DNA of 64,000 nt, from positions 256,001 to 320,000 of the forward strand of contig OY820579.1 of NCBI GenBank assembly GCA_963681965.1. The letters are read 5' to 3'. The notes under the pieces are model-generated. The model had not been told where the DNA came from. It saw nothing but the letters and a program-made list of their open reading frames with translations, and made no database searches. Each line of letters opens with the position of its first letter. Position 1 is the first letter of the stretch. This DNA is from a bacterium. GTDB taxonomy: Bacteria; Electryoneota; JAOADG01. The translations under genes and the position numbers were made by a program. This document shows positions 22,093 to 37,016 of this stretch, one piece after another.

Positions 22093-23214
22093 TTACTTCG
22101 TCAAAACCATCTTCTTAGTGGTAGTGAATCCCTTTGTTGAAAGTGTGTAATAATATGTTCCCGATGGAAGGGTACTGGCATTAAACGCAATTCGATAATT
22201 ATTTGGGGTCTGATACCCATTCACCAATGTTTGCACCTGCCTCCCCAAGGCATCGAAGATAGTCAAACGAACATCTCCGGCTTTCGAGATACCGTAGGTG
22301 ATATCGGTACTCGGATTAAACGGATTCGGGAAATTCTGTGCGAGGGCATATTTCGTTGGGATCGGTCCGCCAAGCGCATTGGCGGATGGAATCGCCATCA
22401 CTACTGACGGATACAGCTTTTCTACACCATCCATTGCGACATCGGCAATACGATAATAATAGGTACGACCATTCTGTACGCGAGTGTCGGTATACTGGTA
22501 GGATTTACCGGTGGCGCTGTTTCCGCAACCATCAATCCGGGCGAACACTTCGCCGGGTTGCCCCTCCTGGGTTGAGCGATAGAGATTGAAATGAGAATTA
22601 TTGGTCTCCGATTCGGTTTTCCAATTCAATGTCACTTGTTTATCACCACCAAACGCAACAAACGACGTCATCTCGACAGGCAGTACGGAACCGTTATTAA
22701 TCTCAATCTCTACAGAATTAATCCAACAGGTACCGTTATCCCAATATTCAGCCGAATATCCCCAATCGCCACCCGACATCAGCCCATTGAATTGCGCCAA
22801 CTCATTAAATCCGGTATTGAAGGTTCCATTATACGGTCCAGTTCCATCATAAATGGAAACAACTGCAGTTTCATCAAAGACCGTATTGGAAAAATTCGAT
22901 CCGGATAGGGTGCCATTGCGCCAATGAGCAAAATTCGCTCGGGCAGTACCTCCGGGATCCATGATAAAAGTTCCAAACCGGCTGTTATCGGGACAGGTTA
23001 CATCGATGCGGACGCGAACGCTGGTAATGACTACATTTTGTGCGACGTTGACCCCAAATCCGATAAAACCTCCCATCATAGAACTCCCGTTCAGTTGAAT
23101 CGGGGGTCCATAATATCCGCCTGAAGCAACGAATGGCTGGGCTGCCAATAATGAGGCAAACGTAAGAATCGAAACTACCGCTAATAAAGTTCTTAAACCT
23201 GTACCAATCTTCAT
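22093..23214 (-). CDS. secreted protein with proprotein-convertase P-like domain, Fn3-like domain and T9SS CTD
   Basis: ITSVRVRIDVT..P.GT..L.QFNG....GDW; LPVEMTSF linker; LAQNFPNPFNPST...SGTYYY...KKMVLTK. Confidence 0.8.
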   Translation of the reverse strand: MKIGTGLRTLLAVVSILTFASLLAAQPFVASGGYYGPPIQLNGSSMMGGFIGFGVNVAQNVVITSVRVRIDVTCPDNSRFGTFIMDPGGTARANFAHWRNGTLSGSNFSNTVFDETAVVSIYDGTGPYNGTFNTGFNELAQFNGLMSGGDWGYSAEYWDNGTCWINSVEIEINNGSVLPVEMTSFVAFGGDKQVTLNWKTESETNNSHFNLYRSTQEGQPGEVFARIDGCGNSATGKSYQYTDTRVQNGRTYYYRIADVAMDGVEKLYPSVVMAIPSANALGGPIPTKYALAQNFPNPFNPSTDITYGISKAGDVRLTIFDALGRQVQTLVNGYQTPNNYRIAFNASTLPSGTYYYTLSTKGFTTTKKMVLTK

Positions 23215-23522
23215 GATACTCCCTTTCTTGAATTAGATTGACAATACCTGGTTGCGTGCTATTTGTTAAAAGGAAAAACCAGCTCGCTGAAAGTCTGGAT
23301 GTGAAGAAAGTAGCAAATATTGGTTTACGAATCGAGATCGCGATAACCAACAAATCATTTTTATCGTTTAAAAAATAAATCACTTCGCTATAAAATATTT
23401 TCGCGAATTTCAAAACGAAGGCGTTGGCGGGTCGTTTTTGAATTCTGAGCCATTGGAGAAAATGATCTGATCTGATCGCAGGATTTGAGGAGCTGAACCA
23501 ACCGAATGGAGCATAGACAGCA

Positions 23523-24095
23523 CTACAATATCTCGACACGTCCGTTTTCGAGACGGTAGATCGTTCCAACGATCTGTACTGATTTAGATCGGCAAAACGG
23601 ATGAATGACCGGAGATTGGCTGATATGCTCACGTGATGCCAGTATATTCGCACGTATCGCATCAATCGTTGCCATTGCCGGGTCTTTCGGCAGGTGGATG
23701 TTCGAGCGGATCGTTTGATAAATCGGTTTGAGATGTGTGTCGGGAGTTTTTGAGCCCAGCGCATTCATCACTGCAGCACAACCGGTATGTCCCATGACAA
23801 TCACCAGTTGGACCTTAAGCGCAGTGAGCGCGAATTCGATACTCCTCAAAACAAATTCATCGACCAGATTGCCCGCATTGCGGATGACAAACAGATCGCC
23901 GAGCCCTTGATCGAAGACGATCTCCGGAGAGATGCGCGAATCGGAGCAAGTCAGGATCGCTGCGACCGGCTGCTGTTCGTCAATCAACGTGGTTCGGTAA
24001 TCTGGTTCGCGATGCGGATTCAGCGATTTCCCGGAGGCAAACCGACGGTTGCCATCGATGAGTTGCGCGAGAGCGTGCTACGAAGATTTGGAAAT
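23523..24095 (-). pseudogene. beta-class carbonic anhydrase, probably disrupted
   Basis: CSDSR, GDLFVIRNAGN, HTGC; homology extends upstream (ALAQLIDGNRRF) to an in-frame TAG at 24078-24080; the SD GGAGA is followed by ATT, not ATG. Confidence 0.65.
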
Positions 24096-24258
24096 GTTTT
24101 TCTCCGATTCGTTTTACAAGAAGTACGAGTAAAGGAATATTCGACTAACAATCAAAGATATTCAAGAGTGCGGGGTTGGTTCAAGGGGAAAGAAGTGGGA
24201 TGTGTTCAGGGCGTCGCGCATTACTTGATTGCTTAAGATGTCATAGTTGAGGATGATT

Positions 24259-24594
24259 TTATTTATAATCAGTTAGAACCATGTTAATTTGCCGTTTCAA
24301 TTCAGGTAGATCACGCGACACTACGGTCCAAATTTCGGTCAAATCAATGTTGTAGTATACATGAACAAGCAAGTTTCGCATCGCAATAATCTGACGCCAA
24401 GGTATCTCCGGGTGGTCGGTTAATACCTCCGGATTAAGCTTCGCTATTGCTTCGCCTGTTTGTTGCAAATAATGAACGATCCAAGTCTGAATTAATTCGT
24501 CGCTTTCGAACCGCTCTTTCCCAAATGAACTGTACTTTTCGATTCGGTCGATCGCTTCGAGAATATCGACCAGCCGCTGTCGATCGTCTCTCAT
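24259..24594 (-). CDS. HepT-like HEPN RNase toxin (DUF86)
   Basis: GEA, PEIPWRQIIAMRNLLVH.Y (RX4H). Confidence 0.92.
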   Translation of the reverse strand: MRDDRQRLVDILEAIDRIEKYSSFGKERFESDELIQTWIVHYLQQTGEAIAKLNPEVLTDHPEIPWRQIIAMRNLLVHVYYNIDLTEIWTVVSRDLPELKRQINMVLTDYK

Positions 24595-24881
24595 AGCGGA
24601 ATTGCCTCAGTTAGCGCACGGGGCTTGATATAATCTTTGAGAATTCGATCCGTAGCAACATCGACTTTCCGGCACAATAGATCCTCGAGTTCGACAATTA
24701 ACGAAGCATGATCCAGTAATGAAGTTTCTGGAGTCAGATCGACCAGAAAATCAATATCGCTGTCTTCGCGATCATCTCCTCGAGCGACCGAGCCGAAGAT
24801 CTTAATATTACTCGCACCATATTTAGACGCAATGCGGTAAATTTCATCGCGTTTAGAGCGAAGTACGTCTAACGTTGTCAT
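24591..24881 (-). CDS. MNT minimal nucleotidyltransferase antitoxin
   Basis: FGSVARGDDREDSDIDFLV; ATGA overlap with the toxin gene. Confidence 0.93.
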   Translation of the reverse strand: MTTLDVLRSKRDEIYRIASKYGASNIKIFGSVARGDDREDSDIDFLVDLTPETSLLDHASLIVELEDLLCRKVDVATDRILKDYIKPRALTEAIPL

Positions 24882-25120
24882 GGGTTCCTCCGATGATGAA
24901 AGATACGCTCTTTGAATTCGAAATTAAACCCCATACTGATTAAGGTCGAAAAAATTCAAATTGAACACTCGCTTCAATCAAACCGGTTCAGGCGCTAGCA
25001 GTAGTACTAAGTTTTTTATTATTAAATCAAGAAAAGTAAGCGTATAAACATTCAATTTGCTATTCTGAATATTTCAATCTAACTTTAACCTGCAGAATGA
25101 AAGCCTAACAGGTATTACTG

Positions 25121-25858
25121 ATGAATTTAAAAGAAGCACGGATTATCCTTGGTGTTGATGAAAGTTCTTCTCTCGAAGAAGTTAAGGTTGCCTACCACAA
25201 TGAAGCTCAACTGATTCATCCAGATAAACACCAACAATCTTCTGAAAATATTAGAAAACATGCTGAATCAAAATTCAAATCATTACTAGAAGCATATAAT
25301 ATTATAGTACAAGATCTATTATCACATCAACATCAGAATCCATATACCAATCAAAATTCAGAATTTTCTACACACGAGTACACAAAAGAAACCTCTTCGA
25401 CTGCAGTAAATTATACTGTCAGTGATGCCGTTATTGTTTTTCGTTCAATTGGTGATGTGCTCGATTTTCGAAGACGTAATCCTGTGGCTTTTGATGCAGA
25501 CATCGTTTTGCACCCAATAATAGTAAGAGGAAAAATTAGTGACATTGATGATGTCCCGAATGGGTATCGCGTGATTCTGAACGAAATGTTAGGATTTGAA
25601 ACAAACAAATGTACCTGCTACTTTCATCAAAATAAGGAAACTCAAGTTAAGAATCTCGATGTGAGTAACAAAGTACGAATCATAGGATTACTGAACAAAC
25701 CATTGGATTATTCAGATATTATATTAACCAATTGTATAGTAAATTTTGGTTACATATCGTCAAAAACTATCGCACCCACTACTAAGGGAAGACGGATTCT
25801 TGTACAATTGTTTTTTGCTTTAATCTTTGCATCCATTTATTATAGATTTTGCAGATAA
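25121..25858 (+). CDS. J-domain protein with OB-fold-like domain and C-terminal TM anchor
   Basis: ILGV....EEVK.AY...HPDK; VRGKISDI...C.F beta pattern; hydrophobic C-terminus; AT-rich. Confidence 0.75.
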   Translation: MNLKEARIILGVDESSSLEEVKVAYHNEAQLIHPDKHQQSSENIRKHAESKFKSLLEAYNIIVQDLLSHQHQNPYTNQNSEFSTHEYTKETSSTAVNYTVSDAVIVFRSIGDVLDFRRRNPVAFDADIVLHPIIVRGKISDIDDVPNGYRVILNEMLGFETNKCTCYFHQNKETQVKNLDVSNKVRIIGLLNKPLDYSDIILTNCIVNFGYISSKTIAPTTKGRRILVQLFFALIFASIYYRFCR

Positions 25859-26391
25859 TAAAGTGTTTATTATATTATTTAATATTATTATTCACCAATT
25901 ATTGTGCTAATTTTTTGAACTTATGCTCCAAGATTGTTTTTTATTGATTCTCAGTTCTATCCACAAATTGCAACTTCACGACATTCTCGAGCTAGGCATA
26001 AACCTCCAAGATGATATCAATCTTCGCTTGACTGAGGGCGTAAACCGCAAACAAAACCCTCGCATCCATCCCATCTTATATCGATCTCTGCTACCTAGCC
26101 TCACGGCATTCCATCATTCCTATTCACATCGTAAACGAATCGCAAATTTCGTTTTGTGTTATAACGGTGGTTATAACATCGTTATAACGAAAACCCCTCC
26201 ACGTGAATTAATTCACATCTTAATGCATTGTTTCTTCGTTCAGCCATTTTCCTAAACATCGATTCTTCGTTCACCTCTCTCGATTCATGCGTTTCAACCC
26301 CGAAATCCGGAATCCGCGCAGATTCCTCCTTCCCACGATTTTGCCCCCGCAATCCCCGCATTGTCAACACCCAAACCACGACCTAAATATC

Positions 26392-26425
26392 AAAAACCCC
26401 CCGCACTCGCTTGAGTACGGGGGGC
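26392..26425 (-). terminator. rRNA operon terminator
   Basis: Minus strand CCCCCCGTACTC...GAGTGCGGGGGG followed by TTTT, just after 5S. Confidence 0.85.
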
Positions 26426-26436
26426 TAAAAAAAGAA

Positions 26437-26555
26437 TGCCGGCGACTACCTACTCTCCCACACCCTTATCAAGTGCAGTACCATCGGCGCAACTGGTCTT
26501 AACTGCTCTGTTCGGAATGGGAAGAGGTGTTGCCCCAGCGCTATGGTCGCCGGCA
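26437..26555 (-). rRNA. rrf: 5S rRNA
   Basis: Closing helix TGCCGGCGAC/GTCGCCGGCA; conserved CCATTCCGAAC and GATGGTACT..GGGAGAGTAGGT. Confidence 0.97.
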
Positions 26556-26818
26556 AAATGCCGTGGGACGCGAAGTTTCGGGTCGCGATCGGAACTTTCG
26601 CTCTACGACCGCAGCCTTCCACTCATGTCCAGATGTCAAACGCAGCTCACGCTGCTCAATGCAGAAGGGTACAACTAGTGTACCCCGCGTGTCTTCTGAC
26701 TCACCACGAAGGTAATCAGCGCACACTTAGGAAACAAATTCGTTATGGCAAGGGTATGGGTTCTTGTTAGCAGCACGTCAAGGATCTCTTATGGATCCAT
26801 GGCGACCAAAAAAAGATC

Positions 26819-29790
<2,972 letters not shown>

Positions 29791-30108
29791 GAAAAAGTCT
29801 TTTTTTATCGACACAGATCCATAGGGGATCCTTTCGGTGCTGTTATCAAGATGCCATACCCTTGCGATACGAATTGTCAAAGATCCGGTCCATGATAGGT
29901 ATTAGGTTTTAGGTGTTGGGGGATGGATACAAAAACCACTAGCCAACAAAAGCTAACCCTGATGAATGGACTGTGTCCCTGGAGTGGCGAATGGGCATCG
30001 TCGCAAAGCAGAACGTCCCGCCGCACTCGATTATCACTCACAAAGACCATCTAAAGAACTTGTTAAGAAAATTATCGCAGACACGAAGTCTGCGTAGTTT
30101 TCTATCCG

Positions 30109-30181
30109 TGGAGATTACCGGGTTCGAACCGGTGACCTCCTGGTTGCAAACCAGGCGCTCTCCCAACTGAGCTAAATCCCC
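30109..30181 (-). tRNA. tRNA-Ala(TGC), CCA not encoded
   Basis: GGGGATTTAGCTCAGTTGGGAGAGCGCCTGGTTTGCAACCAGGAGGTCACCGGTTCGAACCCGGTAATCTCCA. Confidence 0.97.
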
Positions 30182-30185
30182 CGGG

Positions 30186-30259
<74 letters not shown>

Positions 30260-30432
30260 AGAAGCCGAAGCGGGAAGCAAATAACCTTTGTCCCAATATT
30301 CGACGACATTTGCGCGGCACACAGCCAATTTTGGCAATAAAAACTTTTCGTTATCTTGTTGCAAGACTCGAATTCGATCAGATACTAATGCAGTTAGCAT
30401 ACTGCTTCTATCGAACCGGCTTGCTTTTCTCC

Positions 30433-31958
<1,526 letters not shown>

Positions 31959-32162
31959 TTGAATGAGTTTAAAACTGTAGTTCGCTCAAGATTCACTCAA
32001 AGTTTAAATTGCTTATTATGACTGTGCGCGCGCTATGTCAAAGATCCTGTTACCCACGTTCGGGGTGAGGTTCGGTCGGGCTCAGCGAGATGCGATCCAG
32101 ATGCATTCGATGACAAACCCCCGCAAGCGGGGGCGTTGGTACCGCCGAACTTAAAGCCTTTT

Positions 32163-32191
32163 AATATACGCTAGAAACCGACGTTTGTCAA
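32163..32191 (-). promoter_or_regulatory. rRNA operon sigma70 promoter
   Basis: Minus strand TTGACA-N17-TATATT about 200 bp upstream of 16S. Confidence 0.8.
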
Positions 32192-32571
32192 GCACCGCCT
32201 CACTGAGCGGGCTAACTTATTGTTTTTTCGTTTTAAACAACTTGCCTTATGGCTTCCGTCGTACCTAGCGAAACTTACAAAGAAAGAACTCGATTATCAA
32301 CGATCTCAAAAACAAAGTTGATTATTTTCGTGCCGAGAGTATAGTAGATTCCTCAACCGTTGTCAAGTCACTCTCAGCGGCATTGCCTCCAAATAATGAT
32401 AATATATTGTTATACAATAAGATATATTTCTGAGAGCCTGAGACTAAATCACTCTAAAACAATAGTAGGATCACTCGGAGGAGGAGTTTTGTGCGGCTCT
32501 CGATCATACCGCAGCCAAATAAGTGGTGGGATTGAGATCTTCTTGAGATTGTTTCAATCATTTATTGAGAT

Positions 32572-33660
32572 TCACGATGTCAGAAATCCCTTTAGCGAGC
32601 GCATCAATCCACTGTCGTATTCGGTAAGTGTTAATTGATCGATCGTGCCGTTGCGATACTTAAGCTGAGCCAGCGACGATCCCTGCAACGATTTCCACAA
32701 TTCACCGGAAAATGCTCCGGCATCGATGACGCGATACGGACGGCTGTAAAATGGTTTCACCTTCTCGGGTAGCAGTTCGGTCAGCTCCAGTGCGTTATGG
32801 ATTCGCGCCAGCGATTCGTATGCTTTGACCAGCCATAATTCACGCTCGAAGTCGTGATCGACGTGTAGCGCATCGGATAAATATTCTTCAAATTCTTCGC
32901 TGCAAGGCAGCTTTCGAAACGCCACTCCCAACCACTTGACATAAGGGTAGTAAGTACGTTCGTAGAGAAAGCAGAGATTCATCAAGTGATGGACAATGCG
33001 CCCGCCAATCAGTTGCGCGCCGATGGTATCATTCAACTCGTGACTGCGTCCGACCAGCGGTTCGAGTTCGGCAAGCTTCGACCATTCCACGGCAAGTTGA
33101 TAGCGCCAGACCTCGTCGGGAAAATAGGTGAAGCGATCGCACTGCAATTGCAGTTGTTTCAGACCATCGTGAAAGATTTCGCCGCGGGTGATTTCCAACA
33201 GTCGTTGTTGCGGGAATAGCAGCCAGTCTTCGTTTTTCAATTCCCAATTCAGATCGACGCCGAGTTCATCGAAGAAAAATTTCTTGATCGTGGTGACAAC
33301 AATTTTATGTCGAATCGGCGGCGCTTTGATCGGCACCATCGACTGCGTGCCGTCGGTTCCTTTGGCGGAGAAATTGGTCGGAAAGCCGAGGAACGAAACC
33401 GGCAATCGCGTCGAGAAAAATTGGAAGAGAAGATGTTCAAAATTGTCGTATTCATCTTCGCGCAAAAAGAGTAATAGACGCGGTCCCCACTCGTGATCCA
33501 TCGAGCGCGCAGTGTCGTAGCCGAGTACATCGGAACCGGGACCGATCAATGCGGCGGAGTAGCGCAGTTGCGGCCAATAGGTCGCGATCAGTGGTTTGAC
33601 CACTTCGCCAAAGAGGCGACGCGATAATTCGAGACCGGGGATAAAAGAAACTTCGTTCAT
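32572..33660 (-). CDS. DUF4037-domain protein
   Basis: GLELSR, G.GSDVLGYD..RS.DHEWGPRL, GEIFHD, YPYVKWLG, PFYSRPY. Confidence 0.85.
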   Translation of the reverse strand: MNEVSFIPGLELSRRLFGEVVKPLIATYWPQLRYSAALIGPGSDVLGYDTARSMDHEWGPRLLLFLREDEYDNFEHLLFQFFSTRLPVSFLGFPTNFSAKGTDGTQSMVPIKAPPIRHKIVVTTIKKFFFDELGVDLNWELKNEDWLLFPQQRLLEITRGEIFHDGLKQLQLQCDRFTYFPDEVWRYQLAVEWSKLAELEPLVGRSHELNDTIGAQLIGGRIVHHLMNLCFLYERTYYPYVKWLGVAFRKLPCSEEFEEYLSDALHVDHDFERELWLVKAYESLARIHNALELTELLPEKVKPFYSRPYRVIDAGAFSGELWKSLQGSSLAQLKYRNGTIDQLTLTEYDSGLMRSLKGFLTS

Positions 33661-33677
33661 TTTACAATCTCATTTAT

Positions 33678-33900
33678 GTAGAGGCAATTCGCGAATCGAT
33701 CGAACCAAATCACTTACAGAAAAAAAAATCGCAGGCTCGGAGGCCTGCGCCACCATCAGAAAAAAGAGGAGTTTGACTTCGTCGAGCGCTACGCGGTTGC
33801 TTCGTCTCTGCGGGTGCACAAGGTTGCACCCTTCGTTCCTCGCAACGACAAATCAAGACAAAGAATTCAAGATAGAGCGAACACGGAGGAACGCCCATAC
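33678..33900. repeat. cluster of REP-like palindromes
   Basis: GTAGAGGCAATTCGCGAATCG (33678), GTGGCGCAGGCCTCCGAGCCTGC (minus, to 33753), TTGCTTCGTC..TTCCTCGCAACGAC unit (33795-33864), degenerate GTAG-REP (33875-33900). Confidence 0.7.
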
Positions 33901-34125
33901 CGATCATTCGACAATTTGCCCAATTTCGTAACACACTCAATGTAATTACCGGACAATATCGAAACACTGTTTCAAAACGGGATTCCGATAATTTTGTAAT
34001 TACGCGAAATCTTTCGCAAATTGTGGTGTTCATTCATTCGCTGCTTCGAAATCGGTTTCGAAATCAGCATTTTGTTCTTAACAAATGCCTGTTTCACAGG
34101 CGCGACTTTGATGAGGATTACCCGT

Positions 34126-35958
34126 ATGTCAACCCGAGAAATCATGCCTTCCGCGCTGCGGGAACAACTCCGGTTCCGGTTGCAGGATCTGTTGATCCGC
34201 GACGATGCCGACTACGAATCGCAAATGACGGCACTCGCCGAAATCACCGACGAACTATGCACCTACGCCGGGAAATTAAAAACCAGTCCCGAAAACGTAC
34301 ATGCCTTCTTCAAATTGCTCGATCAGTTCGAAGACAAATCCGCCGCAGTGATCATGTACAGCTATCTGGCACAGGCGATCGACACCCGCAAGGCGGGATT
34401 GGTCAGTACGCTGTATGCGCGCTTATCGCAATTCTCCGCACGGCTGGTGTTTGGACCGCTTGAGATCAAGGAAATCGATGAAGCGACTTGGGCAGCTTGG
34501 ACGACAAAGCTTCCGGCACTCGCAGAGTGGAATGAGGCGCATCGCCAGCTCCGAAAAGACATTCCCTTCACACTGAGTAAGACCGAAGAAGAGCTGCTGG
34601 CGAAGCTCGACACGCCGCTGACCGGCTGGCAAAACGATTTCTACGAGACGTTACTCGGTCATACCGAATTTGAAGAATTCGAAGTTGATGGCAAGACCCT
34701 CAATGCAATGCGCGACTCGTCGGCGTTGCTTCGGGTGAAAGATCGCGACCTTCGCGAAAAGGCGTGGCAAGCATTTTATAAAGGGTACAACGATCAGCGC
34801 GACATGTATGCGTTCTCGCTCAGCCGTCTGATTTCCACAATCAATACTAAGGCGCGCATTCGTCATTTCGACGATGCTCTGCACAGCCAAGCGCACAATA
34901 TGGATCTGACCCGCGAACAGGTCGAAGGGTTGTTTACCAGTGTCGAAGCGTTGCAACCGCTGCTACGCCGCTATCAGCAAGCCGACTGCAAGCGCCGTTC
35001 GAAGCTGCTGGGGATCGCGGAAATCGAACCGTGGGATATGGAGCAGGAAGATTCCGAATTCGAATTGCCGACGTTCCATGCGACCGATGCATTCACCCAG
35101 ATCAAGGATGCACTCGCAATTCTCGGCGACGACGTCAGTCGCGAACTGAAGCTGTTACTCGATCCGACCGAAGGTCGAGTCGATATGTACGGCGGTCCGA
35201 ACCGCACACCGGGTGCGTTCTCGATTAACGTGGGACGCCGCCCCGGATTCTTTTACCTCGATCAATACCACGGCACCTTGAATCAGGTTCGAACCATCGC
35301 GCACGAAGCGGGACACACCGTGCATTTCTCGCTGATGAAAAAGCAGGATCTTCCGCTGTACACGATGAATGGTCCGTCGTACGTAACCGAAACGGCGGCA
35401 ATGACGTTCGAAGAGATTCTGCAGAACTACGTGATTGCGCATTGCGACGACGCGAAAGTCAAAGAGTATTTCGAATTCGAACAACTGCGCGGTACCGTGA
35501 AAGCGATTCGCATCGGTTATCAGGCGATGTTCGAGAACAAGTTGTATGCCGAGATTCGCGATCGCGACGATGCCGGTAAAGCACCGATGAATGCCGACGA
35601 ATTCGACGAAGCCGCCGCTCCGATTGCCGACGCCGTAACATTGTTCTACGGCAAATACCCGAAGCAGTACCAGACCCTCTGGCAGTATATTCCCCACCTT
35701 CACGGTGTACCGCAGTATCTGGTGAATTATCTGGTGTCGTCGTTATTGACGCTGGAATTAGTCGGCAGACTCGATGCGGAACCGGCATTCGCCAAGTCGA
35801 TTACGAAGCTGTTCTCGCAACCGTTCGACCGTCCGACCGCGGCGATGCTCAAGGATTGCGTCGATATCGATTTCTCCGGCACCGGCTGGTACAGCCATGC
35901 GGTGAAGCGAGTCGAGGAACGCGTGTTGGCATTCGAAAAGAAAGTCGCTACGATGTAA
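34126..35958 (+). CDS. oligoendopeptidase F-like (M3B) peptidase
   Basis: RDLREKAW, EPWD, GAFS, TIAHEAGH.VH, E..A, W.YIPH..Y; start after SD GAGGA. Confidence 0.85.
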   Translation: MSTREIMPSALREQLRFRLQDLLIRDDADYESQMTALAEITDELCTYAGKLKTSPENVHAFFKLLDQFEDKSAAVIMYSYLAQAIDTRKAGLVSTLYARLSQFSARLVFGPLEIKEIDEATWAAWTTKLPALAEWNEAHRQLRKDIPFTLSKTEEELLAKLDTPLTGWQNDFYETLLGHTEFEEFEVDGKTLNAMRDSSALLRVKDRDLREKAWQAFYKGYNDQRDMYAFSLSRLISTINTKARIRHFDDALHSQAHNMDLTREQVEGLFTSVEALQPLLRRYQQADCKRRSKLLGIAEIEPWDMEQEDSEFELPTFHATDAFTQIKDALAILGDDVSRELKLLLDPTEGRVDMYGGPNRTPGAFSINVGRRPGFFYLDQYHGTLNQVRTIAHEAGHTVHFSLMKKQDLPLYTMNGPSYVTETAAMTFEEILQNYVIAHCDDAKVKEYFEFEQLRGTVKAIRIGYQAMFENKLYAEIRDRDDAGKAPMNADEFDEAAAPIADAVTLFYGKYPKQYQTLWQYIPHLHGVPQYLVNYLVSSLLTLELVGRLDAEPAFAKSITKLFSQPFDRPTAAMLKDCVDIDFSGTGWYSHAVKRVEERVLAFEKKVATM

Positions 35959-35977
35959 TCATCTCGTATTCAAATAT

Positions 35978-36012
35978 AAAAAAAACCGGAACGATATACG
36001 TTCCGGTTTTTT
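35978..36012. terminator. bidirectional terminator
   Basis: AAAAAACCGGAACG-ATATA-CGTTCCGGTTTTTT. Confidence 0.9.
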
Positions 36013-36015
36013 AAT

Positions 36016-36210
36016 GTAGAGGCGATTCGCATTCGCACCACCAGTGTTGAACTACATTGGGAGGTACCCTTTAGGGTCGCCTTTTCAAAATTGACAACTG
36101 AGGTGGCGTGAAAGAAAACCCAACTCTGAGTTGAAAAAGAATCGAAAAGAGTGGATTGCCACGTCAGATACTTCGCATCTTCCTCGCAGCGACAAATCAA
36201 AACACAAGAT
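36016..36210. repeat. cluster of REP-like palindromes
   Basis: GTAGAGGCGATTCGC (36016), ACCCTTTAGGGT, GGATTGCCACGTC..TTCCTCGCAGCGACAAATCAA (36153-36210). Confidence 0.65.
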
Positions 36211-36280
36211 TCAGGAGCTTGCCTCTATATACGCAAAGACCTAAACTGCTAACAAAGGAACCGTGAAATTCGCTTCTAGA

Positions 36281-36595
36281 TTATGTACTTTTATCTTTTC
36301 GATAAATTTCCTTGCCATACCGATCGATATGTTCGAGCAGTTTCGGATTAGTGATTTTGTCGTAAAGCAGGATGTCGACCTCTTGCGGAATCGAGAGGTT
36401 CGACATCTCAGCTATGACCTTGACCAATATGTCAACGGTTAAATCACTCCCGAACAAAGCGATATCGACATCCGAAGTATTGGTAAATGTCCCTATCGCA
36501 CGAGAACCGAACAGCACCGCTCGCTCAACCTGCGAAACAGCGGCGAGGATTGCGAGAATCGCGGCTCGATGCCTGTCTTTGAGACCATCATCCAT
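36281..36595 (-). CDS. MNT nucleotidyltransferase antitoxin
   Basis: LFGSRA.G.....SDVDIAL, VDI. Confidence 0.9.
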   Translation of the reverse strand: MDDGLKDRHRAAILAILAAVSQVERAVLFGSRAIGTFTNTSDVDIALFGSDLTVDILVKVIAEMSNLSIPQEVDILLYDKITNPKLLEHIDRYGKEIYRKDKST

Positions 36596-37004
36596 TTTGG
36601 CGTTTTTGTTCCAAGCGGTGGTACAACCGTCGCAGTGCCGGAGTGTACTGCTTGCCGATCAACTCAACGGCTTCTTTGGCTAAATCGGCACGATAAGTAT
36701 GACTTAGCAGATTGCGTTTGTCCAGACTATCGAGCAACGTTTCGGCATCTTCTTCGCTAAGATATTCCGTCTCAAACCCTTTGCGGATTACCTCACGCGG
36801 GCTTTTTACATCATACCCTTCATAGAAGAGCAAGTCCTTCAGAGTTTTCCAGGCAAGCTCGAAAGTAAATGCAAACATCTGTACTAAACCAGCGCGCTCG
36901 AGATCGGAATAAACTTCTTTCTCGCAGGCTGCATCGAGCTGTGAGAATGCTTTTCCAAAGTTCTCGAAGCGTTGTTGCCAGCGGTTTTCGTCACTGTTCG
37001 CCAT
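36588..37004 (-). CDS. HEPN nucleotidyltransferase substrate-binding protein (HI0074-like toxin)
   Basis: RWQQRFENF, GLVQ.F.FTFELAWKTLKD, SPR, RNLLSHTY. Confidence 0.9.
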   Translation of the reverse strand: MANSDENRWQQRFENFGKAFSQLDAACEKEVYSDLERAGLVQMFAFTFELAWKTLKDLLFYEGYDVKSPREVIRKGFETEYLSEEDAETLLDSLDKRNLLSHTYRADLAKEAVELIGKQYTPALRRLYHRLEQKRQNG

Positions 37005-37016
37005 AGTTGATTCGCC

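Noticed and set aside
22985-23764. 259-aa minus-strand ORF
   Set aside because: Out-of-frame overlap of two real genes plus intergenic DNA; no protein-like motifs
24078-24080. Pyrrolysine or amber recoding in carbonic anhydrase
   Set aside because: Non-catalytic position, missing ATG and other motif decay favour a pseudogene; TAG ends other genes such as miaA
25923-26255. 110-aa ORF
   Set aside because: No SD or recognisable domain; treated as non-coding
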